From a virus (taxonomy: Duplodnaviria; Caudoviricetes), in the IMG/VR virus record IMGVR_UViG_3300031974_003050, positions 1,438 through 65,437 of that record: a stretch of DNA of 64,000 nt; one strand, given 5' to 3'. This document shows positions 11,101-22,300 of the stretch, one piece after another. How positions within the stretch are numbered: the first letter of the stretch is position 1; every line of letters starts with the position of its first letter. Position numbers and translations under genes: made by a program. The notes beneath the pieces were generated by a model. That model was not told where the DNA came from. It saw only the letters and a list, made by a program, of their open reading frames with translations, and did not search any database.

Positions 11101-12359
11101 CATATCAAGAGGGTGACAAGCTTAGGGTTATATCTGCATATAGAGATGGGGATGGATCTAGAGAGTTTTTCAATGATATAGAATTTGATATTGTAGATTT
11201 TGTCACCCTTACAAATGACGAATCAACGAACCCGCTATATGAAGAAGGTGAGAACCTAACTGACGGTAATCAGATCAAGGTGGGGGACTTTATCGTCTTG
11301 AAAAACAACCCAAATAACGTAGATTTCTCAGCAGCGGCAGTAGCAAACGGTGCGGATCTTTGGAACAATAGATGTGTAGTTGAATTGTTCTCAAGAAAAA
11401 AGAGGCAAGATGAAGAAGACATAGCCTATTTTGAAACATCTGATGTATACGATGTAGTCATAAATACTCAAGGCGTACTTGTTCATGATGTACCAAACAT
11501 AACCACATACAATGGTGACGTATTCTTTAGAAGAGTACCAGTAAAAATGCCAACATATATAACTGATCAAAACTCTGATACATTCCCTAATCAGGAGATC
11601 GGCACATATGAGGATATGATAAAGTCTGGTAATTCCAATTTCAGCAGCTATTTTCTTGAGACTGAGACGTTTAATGATCTAATCAGGTTTTCAGACGTAG
11701 ATAATTTTGGAAAGGTAAAAGCCATACTACCGAACGACATAGAGGTAAGAAGAACGTCTTCTATATCATTTGGAGAAGCAAACAACTATGCTTCAAGCTT
11801 GTCTAAGTTTACTTCATTCAATAAGTCAATAGGTAACTACAAGGACATACCAAATGGCTATGGGTCGATAAACTACATACAGGCTTTTAATGAGTTCCTC
11901 ATATGTATACAAGAGTCAAAGATCAGTAGAATACCAGTAAATAGAAACATCATATCTGATGCTTCTACAAATCAGCAGCTTATAGCTACACTTCAGGTTC
12001 TTGGCGTACAGGCTTTCTTTAATGGGGACTATGGATGTGACGGCCACCCTGAGTCGGTTGTAGTTGACGACAACGACGTATACTTCGCTGACCGTGGAAG
12101 TGAGCAGATAATAATGTTCAATAGGTATCAAGGTGGTGTTACCCCTATTAGCGAACAAGGCATGAAAGAGTTCTTTGAGCGTCAATTTAGGGCCCTTGGC
12201 GACAATCCTAGAATCGTGGGTGGCTTTGATCCTCTCAATGGGGAGTTCATCATATCTATGTATGACCAAGATCAAATAAACGCTCAAGGATTGGCGTTTG
12301 TTTCACAACCAAATCAGCAAGTACCAGAAGATGACGGTGGTGGTGTTGGTGGTGTTTAA
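8118..12359 (+). CDS. Tail muzzle/stabilization protein (P22 gp10-like), N-terminal part
   Basis: 1413 aa; LYFTDNVNEPRKLD, NRLFYGNYVEG, FGIVYYDQRGR, YGCDGHPES, GGFDP motifs. Confidence 0.75.
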   Translation: MIDKRLPRSLNNSADSRIRGVDEMTDALNILVTGESGAGADGGITGDSGVVKPVNGNIVAPNVEDLFNPNYEKVVIGSVEDSKYGYVYFFLFSELASEMGVYRTTPGLNVERVYSSAYFNFQSDGFVKADITHLNSQNVDEPERTILYFTDNVNEPRKLDVNRVMAAGFGAGYDQYDIVDTICACPRHPALPPTAAFNFDPESDFKNFNDRPGFQFAYQNIYYSGEESAISTYSAFAIPAAYLSSGTNIVQSGEVENRCQIVVPRDGYTREIETIRILGKEADSPNWYIIDEVEPNYDGDTQYDFYNDRILVAVPEYEVSKQFDNLPKRAQAQTVSENRLFYGNYVEGFNPIQTNVDVTAVYQQRGQDFVNSSISIESVLSVVGRDSNSGPRNRSVSFKIGEPNIPDLMEAGDTYRVLFSVTPSNNWHIYNSRNSFHAFNYDFVEPPSNEVGLDSSGLSDDYSITRNSYGELLGQDLDLFTFDGEYNSSWKTLIGSDPVSTSVGYGTSPTTPIIIRGGALTFDVHIRATQNITSAPNAVRSNICKALGGEDLDTEFEFVTDPKITSDYNFDLGIGTNQQIFPNTTLSDLICCAVDANDLASTNSDSIGKPPIGYFIVNSADINFRLRNLSGQGYEDVVSLDLASVNNVDSVTVIPDVSVGDLDNTQGGNPNNNPIYQWPGPTDIPEIVKWVAVRSESESDFISFLSNANLVNDNIANSLVWISSVVSSNFSLDDPDAANRINKTLGYLISGGDKIIYSLDEKGLDYNEHAFSIIDGQAGPGGQDLNYDDTTYDYIGDFSVSDSVFRLGRNISGGKRNIPLMTIETPFGINLELTTDPLPLWLTNAASIVKASISQVVSYQTVVNNSSFSRSFKTDSIHSFGIVYYDQRGRASNVMPIGSVYINGLGNRGNITETGASGVNISLNYNPPEWAYHYQIVYTGNNTISNFIQYTSAGAFRDSESNRIYVSLNYLQERNVSYAEEFGAKTPLGDDKLYTYQEGDKLRVISAYRDGDGSREFFNDIEFDIVDFVTLTNDESTNPLYEEGENLTDGNQIKVGDFIVLKNNPNNVDFSAAAVANGADLWNNRCVVELFSRKKRQDEEDIAYFETSDVYDVVINTQGVLVHDVPNITTYNGDVFFRRVPVKMPTYITDQNSDTFPNQEIGTYEDMIKSGNSNFSSYFLETETFNDLIRFSDVDNFGKVKAILPNDIEVRRTSSISFGEANNYASSLSKFTSFNKSIGNYKDIPNGYGSINYIQAFNEFLICIQESKISRIPVNRNIISDASTNQQLIATLQVLGVQAFFNGDYGCDGHPESVVVDDNDVYFADRGSEQIIMFNRYQGGVTPISEQGMKEFFERQFRALGDNPRIVGGFDPLNGEFIISMYDQDQINAQGLAFVSQPNQQVPEDDGGGVGGV

Positions 12360-12374
12360 TAACTTGTAAGCAAT

Positions 12375-13448
12375 ATGACTATATCGTTTGATCCAGAAAG
12401 CAAAAGGTGGAAATCAAGATACAGCTATGACACTAGTTGTATCGACTCCTTGAACAATACCATGCTTACGTTTAATACGTCTACTCAAGGGGAAGACGTA
12501 TGCTATTATCATGACTATAACGCTGCAAAAAACACTTTTTACGGGTTTCAAACAGATTCTCAGATATCTCTTTCTTTCAATGCCAACCCTTCATCAAACA
12601 AAGTTTACAATTCCCTTAGTCTAGAGGGTGCCAATCTTCTTGACTCTAGAAGTGTGTTGAGGACAAACTATTCTCCAGATCCTCAACAAGACAACGAGAC
12701 TCAAGACTGGGAAGGGTTCACCGAGAAGGGTGGTATCTTTTACGCTGGGGTCACTAAAGTTGCAAGTTCTTCAAACGAAAACGCCCTCAAGTTTGTAGGT
12801 GAAATAACAGGGGCTAGTAGTGTCAGAATAAACCCTGACGAAGAACCAAATCTAAACAACGGGGTGTTTCCATTTGCTGGGATTACCCTGAACGACGAGT
12901 GGTGGAACTACATATTTTTCTTTATTATACCAGGACCTCATTACAGAGCTCTAGACTCAGCGTCTTCTGAAGACATCATATCTAAGTATTACGTTGGTGT
13001 TGAGGTTGACGGAGGAGTGTCTGTTAGGCCATTCAGAGCTCAAGAGAACCCTGGTCCAGTATTTACTTTCCTTAGCCCACAATTTCCACAAGGTCAAATA
13101 ACTGATCACGACAACCAGCCATTTGATGAGCTTCTGACTAGCGTTTACAACACTAACCTTCAAGCAAAAATTGGTAACAACACGCTTATGGCTAGAGTCA
13201 CCAACGAGGTATTGCTGAACGCCCCAGACGAATTCACAAACGGGATTGGCCTAGCGGCAGCAATAAACGACTATCTTTTGAACAACAATCAGAGGTTGTT
13301 CTTGTATAAAATAACAGACGACAGGATCGACGGATCAGACCCCATGGGTCAATACGCAGATATAACACTTAATCTTGGAAGTCAGGACTTTGAGTTGTTT
13401 GCTGTAAATGCGCAGTACAACACAACAGCACTGGACCATAGTAACTAA
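12375..13448 (+). CDS. Muzzle protein C-terminal part (separate ORF)
   Basis: Starts TISFDPESKRWKSRYSY, then NTFYG, FNANPSSNKVYNSLSLEG, FTEKGG and ELFAVN. Confidence 0.6.
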   Translation: MTISFDPESKRWKSRYSYDTSCIDSLNNTMLTFNTSTQGEDVCYYHDYNAAKNTFYGFQTDSQISLSFNANPSSNKVYNSLSLEGANLLDSRSVLRTNYSPDPQQDNETQDWEGFTEKGGIFYAGVTKVASSSNENALKFVGEITGASSVRINPDEEPNLNNGVFPFAGITLNDEWWNYIFFFIIPGPHYRALDSASSEDIISKYYVGVEVDGGVSVRPFRAQENPGPVFTFLSPQFPQGQITDHDNQPFDELLTSVYNTNLQAKIGNNTLMARVTNEVLLNAPDEFTNGIGLAAAINDYLLNNNQRLFLYKITDDRIDGSDPMGQYADITLNLGSQDFELFAVNAQYNTTALDHSN

Positions 13449-13469
13449 TTATTTATTACTTTTGCAATC

Positions 13470-14528
13470 ATGGCACTACCACTAGCAGCAGCAATAGGAA
13501 CCACCGCACTCGGATTAGGAGCAGGAGCTCTAAACATAGGGTACGGCCAACAACAAATGAAGAAGGGCCAGGAGCTGTATGAAAAGCAGCTTGAAGCACT
13601 TAGAAGCGGTAAGTTTGATCTGAGTATGTCTCAGGCAATGACTGATGCAGCCAATCAAGCCAGTCAGTTTGGTGAGATGGCAGCAAGGCAAGCAGCGGAA
13701 AGGGGTCAGGCTCAGACCACTGCGGGTATTATGGCAGCACGGGGAGGCGACCCACGTATGGCCTCAGGTCTTGGGTCTCAGATAGCGGGGTCTGATCAAG
13801 CTATCAGGGATGCTCAAATGCAAGGTCTTCAAATGAGCATAGGTGCTCAAAGCGGTTTGGCTCAAGCGCAGCAAGGTATACTTAATCAAAACCAACTCTT
13901 TAGACAGGGATTGGAGTCTCAGGAGATGCAAAGGGGTGCTGCTGCTGCTGAAGCTGGTAGAAACCAGAGAATGATGGGTACAGGACAGATGTTCCAAGCA
14001 CCGATTCAAGGACTTCAGATGGGCGCAGCAGTCAAAGAGTCTGGGCTCGAAGATAGTGATTTTGGATTCAAAAAGAACGGAGGATATATTCCAAAAGCCA
14101 ATAAAGGCATGATGACTCCTGGTGAGTTTAGCCATAAAAGAAACCCTATACATATGATCGACAAGAATGGCGATAAAGTGGGGGAGGCTACTGGTGGTGA
14201 ACTTATCTTCAATCCCAAGCAAACAGAGGCTATAGAGTCCCTTATAGAAGATGGGAACGCGAATATGTTGATGATGTTTATGAGACGTCTTCTTAACCAG
14301 CCTCAGTTCCAAGAAGAATCAAGAAGTATGGCCGATGGAGGGTCAGTACCTATGGGGTATTCAGATGCCTTGAGTATAAACCCAGCAATGGAGGCCTTCC
14401 TTCAGTTCCTTATGAAAGATAAATCAGAAAAAGAAGGCCCTGAATACAAACAGCCCCAACCGTCTAGCCTTGAACTTGGAACATATATGTCTTCTCCTAA
14501 GAGACGAAACCAACCAAACGTACGATGA
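13470..14528 (+). CDS. Putative internal virion/ejection protein
   Basis: Hydrophobic N-terminus, Gln/Ala/Gly-rich helix, then KNGG tag and TPGEFSH...GEATGGELIFNP module. Confidence 0.6.
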   Translation: MALPLAAAIGTTALGLGAGALNIGYGQQQMKKGQELYEKQLEALRSGKFDLSMSQAMTDAANQASQFGEMAARQAAERGQAQTTAGIMAARGGDPRMASGLGSQIAGSDQAIRDAQMQGLQMSIGAQSGLAQAQQGILNQNQLFRQGLESQEMQRGAAAAEAGRNQRMMGTGQMFQAPIQGLQMGAAVKESGLEDSDFGFKKNGGYIPKANKGMMTPGEFSHKRNPIHMIDKNGDKVGEATGGELIFNPKQTEAIESLIEDGNANMLMMFMRRLLNQPQFQEESRSMADGGSVPMGYSDALSINPAMEAFLQFLMKDKSEKEGPEYKQPQPSSLELGTYMSSPKRRNQPNVR

Positions 14529-16312
14529 GTAACGGGGGACCTGGTTTTGGCGGGGCGGTAATACCTGGCATACAGGTATCTAATATTGGTGGGGGCGCCG
14601 CTCAACGCCAACAAGAACAGCAGCAAAAGGGAATGCTATCCAGCCTGATGGGTATGGATATGACTGGTATGTCGGAACAAGGGATTCAGTTCTCTATGGC
14701 TAAACGAGACTACCTGATTGATAAGATCCTTAATGATGACGACGAAGACTTTGGGTACGAACAGCTTATAAGAGGTATAACCTCTTTGAATGACTTCCTC
14801 CTGAGGGATAAAACAACGTATGCAGAAAATCTGGCTGTAGCATCCCCTATTCTTAATGCATCTTTAAGTGATGCGGGATACAATGATCTTAGATCTGCTC
14901 TTGAAGAGAAAGCACTGTTTATTAACAAAGAAGACGTAGACAGGTATGCTGTAGATTACAATATGATGCTTGAAAACCCATATGGTATGGGTAACTATTT
15001 CAACCCTTCTGATGACATGGTGTACGTACAAGATCCTACTATGGCTGGCAGAAACATGCAGCAGGTTAGCGGTCAACACGTACTAGGCATGCAACTACCA
15101 GATCGAAACTCTTTTCAGTACCAGACTGAGGACATCCCAACAGGGGATGTTTTCGCTTACATGAAGAGTGGTGCAGAAGCGAATCTGATGTCTCTGCTTG
15201 GGGCAGTAGACAACTCAGTTGATGCAAAGCAAAAAATCAGAAGACAATTTCAAACCTTCGTTCTTGGGAGAGGACTAGGCCGTAAGGCTCTGCAAGAGAG
15301 TTTGTCTGCCTTAGGATATGATATTGAAGATCTTGCTGGAAAACTAGCAGGGACTGTTGCCGACAACGAAGAAGGACTACAAGGAGCCCTTTTAGAGAAA
15401 AACGTTACATACGCTAGTTCGTTTAAAGACAACGTTGAGACCATATACAAGGAGTTCGAGGAGTACTATATGGATATGTGGAATGCTGATCGTCGTGACA
15501 AACAGGCTAGATTGAATGCATCAAAATCAGGAAGAACACCTAAAATAGAATATAACTTCCAAGAAGATGTAACTATAGGTATTGACAGTTCGCCAGACTT
15601 TTTAGAAGTTGATAGTATGCTTGGTGAAGACTCTGCTATTATTTCCGAACTAATGGCTAGCTTTGAACCAACAATAACTGGAATTCCTAGCCCTGAGATG
15701 GAAGAAGCTAGAGATAATATACTTAAAACAATTTCTGATAACAAATTTCTTGGTATAAGAAACATGGATCCTGTGGAGTTTGAATTCCCTGGAACTAATG
15801 AACCAACTTTTAAGTCGTCTTCCTTCTCTCTTATTGACTCTCCAAAAAGCGATGGTGAAATGGGTAGCTGGGTGATACTTAACGGATCTCAATCCAATCC
15901 AATTATGTCAACATCCTGGTTTGAGCCTGAACCAGGGAAATATATAGGTGAGTATACAACGCGAGAGGAACCAAACCCTGATCTCGGTGGTGAAATTAGG
16001 ACTAAGTACTATTTCGTGTCAGATTACGAAGACACAGCTGTAACAAAAGAGTTTCGTATAAGCGACCCACAACTTCACAAATGGTTTTCAGCAATAGGGT
16101 CTACTTATATGAAAAAGACAGATCTTAATAAAGCAATAATTGGTGACGACATGGAGGCTTATTATCAGCGTCTGGGTTTTGCTATTGTTGTGAAAAAAGC
16201 CGCAGATCAGGGGATGAGAAATTACAATGGGGATCTGATGTACCCAGAGGGAAGTAGGGAACTTTCAGTAGCACGGGAGATAATTTCAGATGCACAAATA
16301 AGGATTGACTAA
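14525..16312 (+). CDS. Putative internal virion (cargo) protein
   Basis: 595 aa, located between an ejection protein and the giant protein. Confidence 0.55.
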   Translation: MSNGGPGFGGAVIPGIQVSNIGGGAAQRQQEQQQKGMLSSLMGMDMTGMSEQGIQFSMAKRDYLIDKILNDDDEDFGYEQLIRGITSLNDFLLRDKTTYAENLAVASPILNASLSDAGYNDLRSALEEKALFINKEDVDRYAVDYNMMLENPYGMGNYFNPSDDMVYVQDPTMAGRNMQQVSGQHVLGMQLPDRNSFQYQTEDIPTGDVFAYMKSGAEANLMSLLGAVDNSVDAKQKIRRQFQTFVLGRGLGRKALQESLSALGYDIEDLAGKLAGTVADNEEGLQGALLEKNVTYASSFKDNVETIYKEFEEYYMDMWNADRRDKQARLNASKSGRTPKIEYNFQEDVTIGIDSSPDFLEVDSMLGEDSAIISELMASFEPTITGIPSPEMEEARDNILKTISDNKFLGIRNMDPVEFEFPGTNEPTFKSSSFSLIDSPKSDGEMGSWVILNGSQSNPIMSTSWFEPEPGKYIGEYTTREEPNPDLGGEIRTKYYFVSDYEDTAVTKEFRISDPQLHKWFSAIGSTYMKKTDLNKAIIGDDMEAYYQRLGFAIVVKKAADQGMRNYNGDLMYPEGSRELSVAREIISDAQIRID

Positions 16313-19300
16313 TGAACGACATTGAGAAACTATACAACTCTTACTTAAAAAGTGGGCGAAGTGACGATCAGATATATAGCTCACTAGTTTTGTCTGGCTA
16401 TAATCCATCGGATGTGACCTCTTATATGGATTATGCTAAAAAAAAAAGACAAAATCCAACAAAGGAATACGGTCAAGAGTTTTCTCAAAACGTTTACACT
16501 CAGGTTCAGGGCGATTCGGTTTCTCAATCCACTTCGGGGTTTGGGAAGCCTTTGTCGGAATCAGACTACAGCGCGGTAACAAAGGTTAACTTTGAGCCTG
16601 TAGGAGGTCCCGTAGATGGTTATCAGCAATACAAGCCTGTTAGTGAAATACAAATAGGAGAACCTGTTTTTGGGGCTGAAGCCGCAGCTTTAGGTGAGAT
16701 AGAGAAGAAGCAAGATTTTGTAGGATTTTCGGACCCTATGTCCCTGAAGGATTTTATGGGCTTGGATATGGAGGTCAAAGAAAACTTTATGGGGGCATTA
16801 AATGATATTGTTCCCAACCAGAAAGAGAGAATAGATCTTGCCAACGCTTACGCATATGCGTATGAAGGGGTTGGTGCAGACCCAGAGGGCCCTATTCCAG
16901 AAGGGGGGAGAGCCGACTTGAGAAAAGGCATAAAAGATGATTTAAAGTTGAAAATGAACTCTTACAGAAAAAAGTTCTTCAACGATAAAATTAAAGAAGC
17001 TATATCTGGAACGTTTCAAGAAGGTCAAGATGCTGTTAGTTTAGAAAAGTATATTCTTGATAACTACGGCCTCACTACTCAGATTGATGATAATGCTTTT
17101 GTAGGAACAGAAGAAGGAGCATACGAACAGATTAAGAACCTGTTCGTGCCTAACATTGGTCATGCTACAGATGGGTTTCTTGCTGGAGGATTGAGGCTTA
17201 TTGCTCAAGACAGGCTTTTACCGAAGGGAACCTTGTATGACTCGCTGTACAACTACTTTGGGTTTGAGGAAAGAAGAGCGCAGAGAGAGAGGGATATGTT
17301 AGAAGGTAAAGCCGTAAGGTTTATGGCAGACGAAGAGATGGAGGCGATTGGTATGCACGTAGACAGAATGCTTACTACACCGCTTCAAGCCATTGGTTAT
17401 AGAGAGGGTTTTTCTGAGACAGATATGATAGAAATGCTTGGTAACTCACCAGGAACATTGTCCTCTCAGGTTGCTGGTGGCCTTGCTGCAGCTGCAGCCC
17501 TATATTTTACTAAAAACCCTTCGGCTGCTCGTGCGGCTGCTGGTTCAGCTTACGCCTTGACTCAAGCTACATTTATGGGCCTTCAGGTTATGGGTCAGGA
17601 ATATGGGTCTACATACTCAGATCCAAATTTTTACAACTACTCAATAAACGGAGATCCAGTAAGCATGGATGAGGCTACAGAAGTAAATGAGTATGGTGAA
17701 TTGGTTTTAAAGGAAGGGTACGAAAGGGTTCATGACCACTTCAGGGCTGCTGGGCATTCAGAGGTTTCAGCTTTCAGTGAATTTGGTGCCGAGTATCTTG
17801 GAAACCTTATTATGGTTAAAGGAGGTGGCGCGGTGATGAGAGGTGTAGGGGTTTCTCGCCCTGGTATGAGTATCGGTGTGGGTGTAGCCGATGTTACTGG
17901 CAGCAAGGCATTAGGTAGATCCGCTCAGTATTTGATTGGTGGGGTCGTTCCAGCGGTAACAATCGGATCTTATATAGAGGGGCAAGAAGAGGTAGTTACA
18001 GAGATACTTCAAACCGCCTCAAGAAGACAGTTCTCTCAACAGTCGGGCGCATCTGCATACGGGTTGTTTAGTGAAGTGTATCAGGGGTTTATTGATCCCG
18101 ACGAGGAGCTTCAGGAGAATATAAAGAAGGCAAGAGGTGCGGGTGAGTTCTTCGGAATGTTATTTGGCGGTGGCATAGCTACAGCCAATATTGTGCAGAA
18201 CGAAGTAGGTATAAAGAAAGCAAATAAGGCAGCGGCGCAAAACCAGCGCCGACGAGATACAATAAACAAAAAAAACGGAACTAACTACAGCGCAACTCAA
18301 TACATTGACCCAGATTATTTTAACTCCTATGAGGAGTGGTCTCAATACGAGAATAATAGAAATCTTTATAACAATCAAATTCTAAAGGCAATTCATGCCC
18401 ATAAAGGTGCTATAACCATGGGTATGTCTAGATCTGAAAGAAAGGTCCACAATAAGCTTATGAAAGAGCTTGATTCTCTTTTTAAGACCAGGAACGAAAA
18501 CGGAGAGGTGGATCTGGAGGCGATTGTAGCCATGCTGCCTAGTCTTGCGTCTAAACTAGATGCTGTTCGAGGTAATATAAATATGAGCGAGTCTATTGTA
18601 GAAAACTTGATTAAGTCCGCTCAGCATGGAAACCTGGAAGCAGCCGAGTTTCTTCTTGAGGTGGCCAGAACCCAACTTGACTTCTCGGCTGCCATGAAAG
18701 CTATTTACAACCCAAACCTTGATGGCAACATAGAAAAAACCTTGAGGTCGGAACTCTCTAGCCTTGAAAAAAGAAATCAAGAGCTAGTAAAGATGGCTTA
18801 TGATCATGCTGAAGGGAAAGGGTTTAGATACACCATAGTTACAGACCCTCGAACGGCAAGCGAAGCGGGTCAGGTTCAGGTGTACGAGAAACAAGGAGAC
18901 ACGTATAGAGTTAGATATACAAATGCAGCTGACGTGCCAGCGGGAACAATAAAAGATAGTTCAGAAGGGAGGTTTTCTTACACCGAGCTTAGCGAGGGGG
19001 CAACGGAGGTTACTGAATCAGATGTTGACAACACCAGCCTATCAGATCAACAGAAGTCAGACCTAAAGAGATTGATATCTCGAAGTCCAAACGCAAGAGT
19101 AATTATTCATGACTCTCAAGACTCTCTGGACAAGGTAGGGTCTAGGGCAGGCCTTCTCGGAAAACAGGCATTTACTCTTCAGGATTTTGACGGTAGGGTT
19201 TTTGAAATTCACCTTTTAAAGAACTTCACAAATGAAGTAGCGGAAGAGGAGTTTGGGCACTACGAGTTTAATGAAGAGCTATACAAAGATGAGGTCCGAA

Positions 19301-22300
19301 GGCCCATGATAGAAGCTATAAACAAAGCTATAGAGAGCGATCCTAACAGCGCTCTTGCTGAGTTTGTAAGGGTTCACAACGCCAGATTGACTGGACACAA
19401 TCAGAAATACATCGAAGTAGAGCTTCTTACCAATCTTGGAAGAGCTATAGCTAAAGGAGAAACGACAATAAGCGACAGGGTTGTAAAAGCATCCGATGTA
19501 GAGAGTGTGTTTGATCCTGGCAGAAGTGGCTTTAGAGATTACGTAAGTCGTTTTGACAAATACCTGAAAGGAAAAGGTAAGGTAAAGGAGTTGGCTTATG
19601 ACCCGTCTCAGGTAGACAACGAGGGGTCAGTAGAAGGTACAGCGGCGTCATATAAGCCCACTTTCCTTGATGGTAAGATCGTTTATGGGCATATACCTTT
19701 GAGTCAATTTAACGCATCTAAGAACCTAGAGGTATCTGCCAAAATAAAAGACTACAATCACTTCAGAAACTGGTATGCTAAAATGACTGGCAACCATAAA
19801 AGAAGATTGTATAGTCTTAGTTTTGAAGATGATAACGGAAACAGAGTACCTATATCATCTATGCCTGGTCATGATGTTACAGACGGAAGGCCTCTGGATT
19901 GGAGGGGTAAAGAACTATTTTACAAAAGAGACTACAACACTAAGGAAATAATATCTATGGAGCCTGTAGCCTTGACTTTTCAGGAGAAAATGGCTCGTGA
20001 TCATGCTAGAAATAAAGAACAGGACGAAGCTAGACGTCAAAGTAAATTAAACAGGTTTAATAACCTTAATAACATTGCTATGGAGGCGCTAGGTGTTAAC
20101 ATATACACCTTTGCTCAGCGTATTCCAGGTATCGAACAGGCTACCGATGAGTTAGGATACAAGAGCGGATTCACAGAAGAATCTCTTGAGAAGATAGAGG
20201 TTGCTCTGGCTGCAGAGCTTGGAGTAATTACCCTTGAGCCTCAAACAGTTGCCCTGCCAGTACCAAGGGTTCCGAAAAACATATCGGGCGACATAGTGGA
20301 AGGTACAGCGGCTTCCGTTAAACTTCCCACTCTTCAGTACTCTACGGCTGAAGAGCAGGCACTACTTAAAGAGCTTGAGGTAGAGAGCCTGTCTGATATA
20401 ACACCTGAAATGCTTAGGGGTTTGTATGGGACTACACAGAATCCAGCTCTAATTGCTACAGTTGCGGGCGGGCAAGAAATAGAGGTTTTGGTTGACTTTT
20501 GGTCTGGTCCAAAATCAAATGTTACAATAGGATATATAAATAAAAATGGAAATTACGCTACAGTTTCAAGAGAAATAACAAGTGGGTCAGAGGCTCTAAT
20601 GAATAGAGAACCTGACCGATATGATCCAGATCCAGACGTCCTGGTTCGAAGCTTCGGGGCCAACACAAGCAGAAGCGTGACTGGGAAGTATGCAGCGGCG
20701 ATTGATAAAGCAAAGGAAAACGGGCGGCTGCTTTTGGTAGTGCCAGCAAGTCTTGCTGAGGAAAACATATACTCAGATCAACAAGGTTACGAGGTTATGT
20801 TAGAAGATGTTGTTTTGAGAGCCCTTACAACATGGGGGGATACAAATCTAAAACGCAAAGGCGTATCAACTATGTCTGTAAGTAGACCTGAAGGTCCAGA
20901 TGGATATATAGGTAGAGACGAATCAGGAGGAGAGAACGTATCGGTAGTTGATGTTACTGTCGCTAACTTAATAGGTCAGGCCATAGATAAAGCCATAGCT
21001 GGAACACCTAGTGGGGGGAATTTTGTTCAGCATTTTAAACGAGAGTCAGTATCTCTAGCTTTAGATAAAGAGAACCTTCAATATCCATTTAACCAAATAA
21101 CAGGAGGCCCTGCACCTAAGACAGGTCTGTTAGGAGGACAAATTAGAGGCGATATTGAGGTTTCTAAGGTTGTGCTAAAAAGAGAAGCTGACGGTAATTA
21201 TGATCCTAAAATCGTAACCGAAGCGTTGAGGCTTATAATATCTCTTGGTAATCATTATGCTGACGAAACCATGGCTAACCTTGGATTTGCCGCAAGAAAA
21301 GAGATAGCAACTCAAATTGTAAAAAGCTTAGACAAGGTAGATAATCCTTTTTTTGATAAAAAATCTAAGTCTTCTAAAGCAAGAAAATACCTGTTCCAAG
21401 AAAGTAATATTAATTCACTAGAATACTGGAATAGCGTGTTTCTGTCAGATAATTACACTAGAGGTGGCGCTCATGTTGTATTTATGGTACAACCAGAAGG
21501 ATACGCAGGAGTTTCCCCTAAGTACAAGAACAAAAAGGGGGTAAAGGAGACGTATAGGTATCACGCTCAGGCAGAGGAGAACTCTGTATTGGCTATCAAG
21601 ACCGATCCTAATAAAACAAAGAAGCTGGTAGAAGAGATAATAGATATTCAAAACAAAGGGAAAAAAGGATACAAGCAGGTAAAGAGCTCTCAAAAAGTAG
21701 ACCTGGAGGGTACAGCCAACTCAAGGAGACTGGGTCGCATAAGCTATACAAATGGACCGTCTTGGCAAGCGTCAAACCCAACTGGATTTGGTAAGGCTCT
21801 TGATGCGGTTGCTTTGAAGTTACAGGATAAGTATCACGAGGTGATGCTATTGCAAAAGGACATTGAGGAGTTCAGGGGTCGTAGGATGGCTGAGGGTAAC
21901 GACTTCAACCTTGCTGTTGACCTTATGTATGGAAAGACAAGAAACGACCTCGATGCTCTTGACGCTAAGCTTGACGACATCAAGACCAGCATGAAAGCGG
22001 AAGACATTAAGTCTGACGATCTATCTAACTTCTTGTATGCTATGCACGCAAGAGAACGCAACGCTAAGATTGCATTCGATAGGCCAGACATGGAGAGCGG
22101 ATCTGGTATGACCAACGAAGAGGCAGAAGAGATCATTGATAAGCTCGGCACTAACGCTATGCGTAGATTGGCTTCTGAGGTTAGGTCTATAGTTCAAGAC
22201 ACCAGGGATACCATGAGAAAGTATGGACTGGAAACCAACGAGACTATAGATGTATACGAACAGATGTATGACCACTACGTCCCTCTTTCTGGATTGGCTA

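Noticed and set aside
19180-19200. DFDG in the giant protein as an RNA polymerase catalytic motif
   Set aside because: It reads QDFDGRV and lacks the third Asp and the surrounding RNAP context
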